From the NCBI GenBank assembly GCA_016873675.1, contig VGWG01000004.1, positions 2,715 to 66,714 on the forward strand: a stretch of 64,000 bases of DNA. The letters are read 5' to 3'. Position numbers and translations under genes: made by a program. The stretch's first letter is position 1, and each line of letters opens with the position of its first letter. This DNA comes from Lentisphaerota bacterium (lineage in GTDB: Bacteria; Verrucomicrobiota; Kiritimatiellia; RFP12; JAAYNR01). Shown here piece by piece: positions 44,548 to 51,760 of the stretch. The notes under the pieces were generated by a model. It saw nothing but the letters and a program-made list of their open reading frames with translations. It did no database searches and had not been told where the DNA came from.

Positions 44548-46284
44548 ATGATCACGGATCTTGCGTGTAATCGGTGCGAGGCGGTCCTGGCGGACTGGCT
44601 GGGACAGGCGTTCGCCGCCGCATTCGGGGCAGAGGCGGCGGGGGTGACGATCCGTGTGCAGCCGACCGTCGACGCCCAGTTCGGCGATTTTCAATGCAAC
44701 GACGCGATGCCTCTGGCCAAACGGCTCAAGCAGTCGCCGCGCGTGATCGCCGAGGCGGTTATTCGGGCGTTGCCGCTTCCCGAGTGCATCGAAAAGGTCG
44801 GGGTGGCGGGCCCGGGATTCATCAACCTCACCGTCCATCCCGCCTGGCTGGCTGGTGAAGTGACGAGGCTTCTGGCCGCGCCGCGCTGCGGCATCCCGTC
44901 CGTCGGCACCGGCCAGACGATCATTATCGACTACTCCAGCCCCAATGTCGCCAAGCCGATGCACATCGGCCACATCCGTTCCACGGTGATCGGCAACGCC
45001 CTGGACCGGATGTTCCGCGCGCTGGGCTACACCGTCATCGCCGATAACCATCTCGGCGACTGGGGGACGCAATTTGGCATCCTCATCATGGGCTACCGCA
45101 CGTTCCTCGATCCCGCCCGCCTGGAGCAGTCGCCCATCGAGGAGCTGGAGCGGGTCTATGTCGCCAGCTACAACCGGACGAAAGAGGATCCCGCCTGGAT
45201 CGACACGTGCCGCGCCGAGCTGGTGAAGTTGCAGCAGGGAGATGCGGCGAACCTCGAGATCTGGAGGCGATTCATCAGCCTCAGCATGAGCGAATTCGAA
45301 CGGATCTACGCCCGCCTCGGCGTCACCTTCGACCTGTGCAGGGGCGAGAGCTTCTATAACAACCGCCTGGGGGAGACCGTTGCGTTGTTGCACACGCGGG
45401 GGCTGTCGTGCGAGAGCGAGGGCGCGGTGGTCGTCCGGCTGGAGGACGAGGGGATGCCTGTCTGCATCGTTCGCAAGAGCGACGGGGGCTTCAACTACGC
45501 AACGACCGACATCGCCACCGTGCGCAGCCGCGTGGAGGAGTTTGACCCCAGCCGCATCATCTATGTCACCGACGAGCGGCAACAGTTGCACTTCAAGCAG
45601 TTTTTCGCCGTCTGTCGTAAACTCGGCTGCACGACCGATCTGGAGCACGTCTGGTTCGGTCTGATGCGGCTGCCGGAGGGGACGTTCTCGACGCGCCAGG
45701 GCAACGTGATCCGGCTCGACGCCCTGCTGGACGAGGCCGAGCGGCGCGCCCGCGCGATCCTCGACGCCTCGGAGTCGGCGATGTCCGAAGCGGAGAAGCG
45801 CGAGCTGGCGGCGGTGATTGGCATCGGCGCCGTCAAATACGCCGACCTGAGCCACGATCCCCAGAACATGATCGTCTTCACCTGGGAGAAGGCACTGGCG
45901 CTGGAGGGGAACTCCGGGCCGTACCTGCAATACGCCCATGCGCGCATTTGCAGCCTGCTCGACAAATATGCCGACCAGGTTCCCGGCCGCGAGCCGCGCG
46001 CCAACGCCCTGATCCTGGGCGACGCCATCGAAAAGGCGCTGGCGCTGCAACTGATGCAGTTTCCGGCCGCTGTCGTTCGCGCCGCCAATGCCTACAAGCC
46101 GAGTATTCTGGCCGACTATTTGTTCGCCCTGTCGCAGACCTATAGCAGTTTTTATCAGCGCTCGCCCGTGCTCAAGGCCGCTGCGGAGGTGCGCGACAGC
46201 CGCGTCTGCCTCTGCGCGCGCGTGGCCGACGTGTTGCGCGAAGGGCTGGGGTTGCTCGGCATCGGCACGCCGCGAAGGATTTAG
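44548..46284 (+). CDS. argS: Arginine--tRNA ligase
   Basis: SSPNVAKPMHIGHIRSTVIGNAL (HIGH motif). Class I ArgRS length, with a DALR-like C-terminus. Confidence 0.95.
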   Translation: MITDLACNRCEAVLADWLGQAFAAAFGAEAAGVTIRVQPTVDAQFGDFQCNDAMPLAKRLKQSPRVIAEAVIRALPLPECIEKVGVAGPGFINLTVHPAWLAGEVTRLLAAPRCGIPSVGTGQTIIIDYSSPNVAKPMHIGHIRSTVIGNALDRMFRALGYTVIADNHLGDWGTQFGILIMGYRTFLDPARLEQSPIEELERVYVASYNRTKEDPAWIDTCRAELVKLQQGDAANLEIWRRFISLSMSEFERIYARLGVTFDLCRGESFYNNRLGETVALLHTRGLSCESEGAVVVRLEDEGMPVCIVRKSDGGFNYATTDIATVRSRVEEFDPSRIIYVTDERQQLHFKQFFAVCRKLGCTTDLEHVWFGLMRLPEGTFSTRQGNVIRLDALLDEAERRARAILDASESAMSEAEKRELAAVIGIGAVKYADLSHDPQNMIVFTWEKALALEGNSGPYLQYAHARICSLLDKYADQVPGREPRANALILGDAIEKALALQLMQFPAAVVRAANAYKPSILADYLFALSQTYSSFYQRSPVLKAAAEVRDSRVCLCARVADVLREGLGLLGIGTPRRI

Positions 46285-46291
46285 ATGCAAG

Positions 46292-48172
46292 ATGAATGAC
46301 GCGTTGCTCGCTGAGTCCGATTCACCCGTAGCGGCCGCCGATGGCCCAGGCGGCGAAAGTCTCGCCAATCATCGCTCTTCCCGTCAGTCTGCTCTCGGGT
46401 GGGAAGAGAGGATAAGTCGTCGGTTCCGCAACCTGTCCACACGGGGTGCCGCGCGTTGGCGTACGATGCCGGAGAGGCCCCGCACCCTGATCATGACGGT
46501 GCTCTATGCGCTGGTCGGAGCGGGGGGGGCCATTCTCTTTCTCAAGCTGACCCATTTTTTCTACGCCAAGGGCCTGCCAGTGATGGCGGGCAAGGGCATC
46601 TGGACGTTTGCCTGGCAGAGCTTTTTGTTGCTGGGAGGGTCGTCGTTGGCGGTTGGGCTGTTGCTTCATTTCGTCTGTCCGGAGGCGGCCGGGAGCGGCG
46701 TTCCACAGATCAAGGTGGCGTATTGGAAGCATTTCGGCGTGCTGTCGTGGCGGCCAGCGTGGGTGAAGCTGGTGGCGGGGGTGATTAGCTTGAGCGGCGG
46801 ATCGAGTCTTGGGCGGGAAGGGCCGTCCGTTTTTGCCGGCAGCGCAGCCGCATCGGCGCTGGCGGGGACATTGGGTGAGACCCGCGCACGTCGGCGCGGA
46901 GCGACAGCGTCCGGCGCGGCGGCGGCGTTGGCGGCGGCGTTCAACACGCCGCTGGCGGGAATCACTTTTGTGTTGGAAGAGATCATCGGCGATATGAACA
47001 GCCGCTACCTGGGTCCTTGTATCGTGGCGGCCGTGACGGGAGCCTTTGCGGTCTATGCCTGCATCGGTCGGCAGCCGTCATTTGTCCTTCCCGAAGTGGC
47101 GGGCGTCGGCTGGTATGTCCTGGCATTGACGCTGCTGGTCGCGGTTGCGGCCGCCGGGGTGGGCGTGGGCTTGCAGCGGGGCACGATGTGGTTGCGTCGG
47201 CGGGTGCGTGAGCGCAGCCGGTTGCCCGTGTGGCTACGTCCGGTGGTGGGAGGGCTGACGACTTGGGTCCTGGGCGTCGCGGCGTTCATCGTGGTCGGAC
47301 GTCTCGGGGTGTTCAGTCTGGGCTATGATGATCTGTCCGATGCCATGCAGCGGGGCATGGTTTGGCAGGTGGCGGCGGTTCTGCTGATCGCCAAACTGGG
47401 TGCCACGATCGCCTCATACGCCTGGGGAGGGTGCGGGGGTATATTTGCGCCCACGTTGTTTCTGGGTGCCATGACCGGGTTTCTGTGTGGCGGCGTGATG
47501 AATCTCGTTTCAGGCTGGACCGGCTGGGGAGGCGGGGTTCTGGGGCAGCACGAGATGATTGTGCTGGCATCGGTCGGAATGAGCGCCTGTTTTGGTGCCA
47601 CGGTCCGTGCCCCGATGACGGCTATGCTCATGATCTTCGAAATGACCCATCGGTTTGAGATGATACCGGCGTTGATGATCGGGACGGTGGCGAGTCAGGC
47701 GGTAGCGCGTCTGATGACTGGCAAGATGAACTTTTATGAGGAGGTGCTGATTCAGGATGGGTATCACCCGGACGAGGTCGATCCGCCGCGCGATTTGCAT
47801 TCCTGGCAGCAACAGTCCGTCCAGATCGTAATGAATACTCGCCCAGTCATGGTGGAGGATCGTTCGCCGGAATGTCTGCGAGGGTTTATGGTCGAGCATC
47901 GTTACAAAACCTTTCCGGTCGTCGCCGATGGGCGCTATGTCGGGGTAGTGCGGAGATCAGCGATGGTGGAGGCATTACGGACGGCAAGCGAGGTGCCGAT
48001 CGAGCATGCGACGATCTGCAGCGGAGCGGAGACGATCCAGACGGCGGCGGCACGGATGGTGCGAGAATCCTCCGATGTGAGTGTGTGGGTCGATGTGAAG
48101 ACGGGGGCGGTCAAGGGAATTGTCACCCTGCACGACCTCTTTCGTGCACAAAACCGTGCCGCCGTTTCGTGA
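46292..48172 (+). CDS. ClC-family chloride channel/H+-Cl- antiporter with C-terminal CBS pair
   Basis: GSGVPQIK, GREGPSV and GIFAPTLFLG selectivity-filter motifs, plus C-terminal CBS-like domains. Start is uncertain (46292 or a downstream ATG). Confidence 0.85.
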   Translation: MNDALLAESDSPVAAADGPGGESLANHRSSRQSALGWEERISRRFRNLSTRGAARWRTMPERPRTLIMTVLYALVGAGGAILFLKLTHFFYAKGLPVMAGKGIWTFAWQSFLLLGGSSLAVGLLLHFVCPEAAGSGVPQIKVAYWKHFGVLSWRPAWVKLVAGVISLSGGSSLGREGPSVFAGSAAASALAGTLGETRARRRGATASGAAAALAAAFNTPLAGITFVLEEIIGDMNSRYLGPCIVAAVTGAFAVYACIGRQPSFVLPEVAGVGWYVLALTLLVAVAAAGVGVGLQRGTMWLRRRVRERSRLPVWLRPVVGGLTTWVLGVAAFIVVGRLGVFSLGYDDLSDAMQRGMVWQVAAVLLIAKLGATIASYAWGGCGGIFAPTLFLGAMTGFLCGGVMNLVSGWTGWGGGVLGQHEMIVLASVGMSACFGATVRAPMTAMLMIFEMTHRFEMIPALMIGTVASQAVARLMTGKMNFYEEVLIQDGYHPDEVDPPRDLHSWQQQSVQIVMNTRPVMVEDRSPECLRGFMVEHRYKTFPVVADGRYVGVVRRSAMVEALRTASEVPIEHATICSGAETIQTAAARMVRESSDVSVWVDVKTGAVKGIVTLHDLFRAQNRAAVS

Positions 48173-48717
48173 CGCTCATAAGGGCTCATAGGCTTATAAG
48201 GGACGGGCCTGAATGGCGGCCCCGTACCAGACCCTCGCGCCCGCCGCCGAACTCGGCTTCCCCTTCCTCCCCGCCCACGTCGTCCGCTGCTGCTATCGCC
48301 CCTTCGACGTCCGCTGGCTCTACTGGGAACCGGAGACCAAGCTTCTCGACGAGAAACGGAGCGACTATTTTCCGCAGGTGTTTGAGGGGAATATCTGGAT
48401 TGAGGCACGGCAGAAGCAAACGCAGGAGAAGTTTGACCGCGGGTTCTTCACGCGGTATCTGGCCGACAATTTCGGCAACGGGCTGTCCACTTTCTTCCCC
48501 CTCCACCTCCGCTCCGACGGCTCGTCGCTGCTGGAGGCGGCGGGAGCGCGTCCGAACCTGAGCGAGGCGGCGGGCGCCTATCTGGCCCGTCTCGGCGCGG
48601 AGCCCGAAGATCTCTTCTACCACGCGCTGGCGGTGCTGCACGCGTCCGCCTACCGGAGCGAAAACGCGGGCGCGCTGCGGCAGGAGTGGCCGCGCGTGCC
48701 GCTGCCGGGGTGGGGTG

Positions 48718-48798
48718 TGGACGCGGCGTCCCGCCGCGTTTCTGACGGTGTGGACGCGACGTCCTCGTCGCGTTCCACGCGGCGGGACGCCGCGTCCA
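48718..48798. repeat. Nested palindrome inserted in the RM remnant
   Basis: Perfect 22-bp inverted repeat TGGACGCGGCGTCCCGCCGCGT (48718-48739) / ACGCGGCGGGACGCCGCGTCCA (48777-48798). Each arm is itself a CGCGGC-GTCCC-GCCGCG hairpin. The central 8-bp hairpin is ACGCGACG-TCCT-CGTCGCGT. Confidence 0.8.
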
Positions 48799-49039
48799 CC
48801 TTGCGCGCCTCGGCCGCCGCGTGGCGGCGCTGCTCGACAGCGAGACGCCGGTGCCCGGCGTGACCTGCGGCTCGGTCCGCGACGACCTCAAGCCGATCGC
48901 GGTCTGCGTCCGCGCCGACGGCCGGCAGGTCAACCCCGACACGGGCGATCTCGACCTCACGGCCGGCTGGGGCCACGTCGGCCAGGGCGGCGTGACCATG
49001 CCGGGGCGGGGGAGGGTGGAGGAAACGCTCAACGCCCAA

Positions 49040-49256
49040 CGTTCCTTGAATATCTACCTCAACGACACGATCCTGTGGCGCAACGTCCCCGAGGCGGTGT
49101 GGGCGTACACCCTTGGCGGCTATCAGGTCATCAAGAAATGGCTCTCCTACCGCGAAAAGCCGCTCCTCGGCCGCGGCCTCACCCGCGACGAGGTCCGCCA
49201 CGTCACCGACAGCGCCCGCCGGATTGCGGCGCTGATCGGGATACGGGGGGAGTTGG
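49040..49256 (+). repeat. Direct repeat copy 1 (3' end of the RM-like gene)
   Basis: Aligns by eye with 50302-50519, with about 14 mismatches in ~217 nt. Confidence 0.85.
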
Positions 49257-49308
49257 ATGTTGTTTACCGGAAGGTGGAAGAAACTGTAGCATCTATTAGG
49301 CTAAGCAT

Positions 49309-49497
49309 ATGACAAAGAAGAATATCCTGTTTGCATTATTCACAATACCGTTTGCCATACTGACAGTCATAACCATTCTTGGTGTTCTTGAGGTGATCAA
49401 GATTCGAGATGGATATCTTGACAAACTGTTTTATGTGCTCATCCTCGAACTTATAGCGTGCTTTAAGTTTGAATCCTGGAGACATCATTTCTCTTAA
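49309..49497 (+). CDS. Possible small membrane protein (62 aa) in an AT-rich insert
   Basis: Two hydrophobic stretches (ILFALFTIPFAILTVITILGVL, LFYVLILELIACF). No RBS is evident. The coding status is uncertain. Confidence 0.25.
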   Translation: MTKKNILFALFTIPFAILTVITILGVLEVIKIRDGYLDKLFYVLILELIACFKFESWRHHFS

Positions 49498-49614
49498 GGG
49501 GATACTGGATACTTCTCGTACGAGCAATGGGCCAGATATTGAGGCAGAAGATTTCACCTTAGACAAGCTGGTTGATCCTTAGTTCATATTGGCGCCCTAA
49601 TGTGCAGGCGCGTG

Positions 49615-49643
49615 TTGACAATATACCAGGAATGGGATATTCT
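49615..49643 (+). promoter_or_regulatory. Candidate promoter of the toxin-antitoxin pair
   Basis: TTGACA (49615-49620), 17-nt spacer, TATTCT (49638-49643). The toxin ATG is at 49650. Confidence 0.4.
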
Positions 49644-49649
49644 GGCCTC

Positions 49650-49976
49650 ATGAAACCGCTTCATTGGTTGCACGGAGCCGTGAAGACGCCGCCGATGACC
49701 GCAAATGCGCGCAAGGAGATGGGCTTCCTATTGCGGTTGCTGCAGGACGGCGAAAGACTGGGGCTGCCACGCTCGCGCCCGATGCCCTCGATCGGCTTGG
49801 GGTGCCACGAGTTGCGTGTGACCGATGCGGGCGGCGAATGGCGGTTGGTTTACGCGCTTGCTGGTGGCGCTGTCGTTGTTCTGGACGTGTTTCAAAAGAA
49901 GACACGGGCAACGCCCCAGGCGGTTGTTGATCAGTGCACGAAGCGGTTGCGTGACTATGCGAAGAGAGGTGAGTAA
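49650..49976 (+). CDS. RelE/ParE-superfamily toxin (HigB / phage Gp49-like)
   Basis: GLGCHELRV ... WRLVYALAGGAVVVLDVFQKKTRATP pattern. 108 aa. 1-nt overlap (TAATG) with the antitoxin. Confidence 0.75.
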   Translation: MKPLHWLHGAVKTPPMTANARKEMGFLLRLLQDGERLGLPRSRPMPSIGLGCHELRVTDAGGEWRLVYALAGGAVVVLDVFQKKTRATPQAVVDQCTKRLRDYAKRGE

Positions 49977-50293
49977 TGAAAGCCATCGGTAAGGGTTGGG
50001 TGGAAGGAAGTGTACAGGAGTTCTTGGATCTTTCCGATGCCGAGGCCGCCTACGTGGAGGCCAAAGCGGTTCTCACACGGGCCGTGAAGGAGCGGCGTTT
50101 GGCGATTGGGCTGTCCCAGGTTCAACTTGCGCACGCCTTGGGAACCAGTCAGAGCCGGCTTTCGTTCATCGAGAAGGGCGATCCCTCCGTCAGTCTTGAT
50201 TTGACAATCCGTGCGCTGTTTGAGACGGGGCTCGATCGGAAAGGTGTCGCAGCCGTCATGGCGGGCAAGAAGTCTGGAAAGGATAAGATCTGA
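49976..50293 (+). CDS. XRE-family HTH antitoxin (HigA-like)
   Basis: HTH segment RLAIGLSQVQLAHALGTSQSRLSFIEKG. 105 aa. Confidence 0.75.
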   Translation: MKAIGKGWVEGSVQEFLDLSDAEAAYVEAKAVLTRAVKERRLAIGLSQVQLAHALGTSQSRLSFIEKGDPSVSLDLTIRALFETGLDRKGVAAVMAGKKSGKDKI

Positions 50294-50550
50294 ATGTTGA
50301 GCGTTCCCTGGACATCTACCTCAACGACACGACCCTCTGGCGCAACGTCCCCGAGGCGGTATGGGCGTACACCCTTGGCGGCTATCAGGTTCTCAAGAAA
50401 TGGCTCTCCTGCCGCGAAAAACCGCTCCTTGGCCGCGGCCTCACCCGCGACGAGGTCCGCCACGTCACCGACAGCGCCCGCCGGATTGCGGCGCTGATCG
50501 GGATGCGGGAGGAGTTGAACGGGAACTATGCGGCAACACGAGCGGGCTGA
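50293..50550 (+). pseudogene. Second, detached copy of the RM-like gene 3' end
   Basis: Frame-1 translation NVERSLDIYLNDTTLWRNVPEAVWAYTLGGYQVLKKWLSCREKPLLGRGLTRDEVRHVTDSARRIAALIGMREELNGNYAATRAG, ending at stop 50548-50550. No start codon. Confidence 0.65.
50302..50519 (+). repeat. Direct repeat copy 2
   Basis: See 49040-49256. Confidence 0.85.
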
Positions 50551-50564
50551 GTGAGGAGCATGTG

Positions 50565-51116
50565 ATGGAGACAAACAAAGCTGCTATTCCTGCCGAGCGG
50601 ATCGAGCGGGCGATCTACCTCATACGCGGGCAGAAGGTCATGCTGGATCGTGATCTCGCCGCGCTGTATGGGGTCGAGACAAAACGGTTGAAAGAGGCTG
50701 TCCGCAGGAATATCGAACGATTCCCCGCCGACTTCATGTTCGTGCTTTCCGGCGAGGAATTTTCAAATTGGAGGTCGCATTTTGCGACCTCCAATTCCGA
50801 CCGCATGGGGCTGCGTCATGCACCGATGGCTTTTACTGAGCAGGGCGTGGCGATGCTTTCCTCCGTGGTGAACAGCAGGAGCGCGATCGAGGTCAACATC
50901 GCGATCATGCGCACGTTCGTGAAACTGCGCCGGATGCTGGAGAGCCACACCAGGCTGGCCAGGAAACTTGCCGATCTGGAGGCCAGATACGATGAGCAGT
51001 TCCGCGTGGTGTTCGAGGTATTGAACGAACTGATGGCGCCACCCGAGCCAAAGCGTGCCCCGATCGGCTTCCGCGTGTGCGAACGTCCGGCTCGGTACGC
51101 GGTGCGGCGCGCGTGA
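50565..51116 (+). CDS. ORF6N-domain (KilA-N-like DNA-binding) protein
   Basis: GAGGAG 6 nt upstream of the ATG. IYLIRGQKVMLDRDLAALYGVETKRLKEAVRRNIERFPADFMF is the ORF6N signature. Confidence 0.8.
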   Translation: METNKAAIPAERIERAIYLIRGQKVMLDRDLAALYGVETKRLKEAVRRNIERFPADFMFVLSGEEFSNWRSHFATSNSDRMGLRHAPMAFTEQGVAMLSSVVNSRSAIEVNIAIMRTFVKLRRMLESHTRLARKLADLEARYDEQFRVVFEVLNELMAPPEPKRAPIGFRVCERPARYAVRRA

Positions 51117-51247
51117 ACCGCTGCCGCCGGGGCGTGGAACGGGCTTTTAGAAAGGACCTTACCGCTGATGTCGCGATTCTTCAGGGTATCCTGCGATGGG
51201 GCGAAGGTGCGGATACGCCCGCGACTTCGCTTTGAGAAGGCTGAACT

Positions 51248-51574
51248 ATGCAGACACTCGTCACACACACAAAGCAGGAAGAGATCAAGGCGCGACTCGT
51301 TGAGATTGAACGCATCGAGGGTGTTCGCATCCTGTACGCGTGCGAATCGGGTAGCCGGGCGTGGGGGTTCCCATATGCCCTGCGCCCGCTGCTCGCCTGC
51401 CTCTGGCTGGAGCAGGGGCGCGGACCTGTTCCGACTGAGTTCCAGACGCTTGTAAAGACGGTTGTTCGGCCGGGGCCGCTCTTGGATGCGATCAACGGAC
51501 TGCTTGAAAGCAAGCGGCAGGGGCACGAATTGGGTGAAGGCGCGCGCATCCCGGCCTTCGATGACTTTCTGTAA
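51248..51574 (+). pseudogene. Internally deleted YcgL/PF10127-like nucleotidyltransferase
   Basis: ILYACESGSRAWGFP runs directly into YALRPLLACLWLEQG. The segment normally between them (DSDYD catalytic region and about 130 aa) is missing. 108 aa in total. Confidence 0.5.
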
Positions 51575-51760
51575 GAGGATGGCCTTCTTGCAGAGGCCGA
51601 AGCGGTGACGCTCAAGCGCGTGTTTGCCTTCCAAGTGAGGCTCCTTGATACGTTTGCCTTGGATTCCGCTGGGTTCAGGATTGAACATTTCACCGGAATG
51701 AACTATGCTCTCCCGCATTCGCAACAGGTTGTAGCAATCGGCTGATAAAGGGCTGCGTGT

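Larger units (their letters stand above)
48213..49312 (+). pseudogene. Remnant (C-terminal third only, frameshifted) of a type ISP/IIG restriction-modification / YeeA-MmeI-like DNA methyltransferase
   Basis: YRPFDVRWLYW, FYHALAVLHASAYRSENAGALRQEWPRVPLP, then in another frame LARLGRRVAALLDSETPVPGVT ... VWAYTLGGYQVIKKWLSYRE. No methylase, helicase or nuclease domains lie upstream (the ClC gene ends at 48172). Confidence 0.65.
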
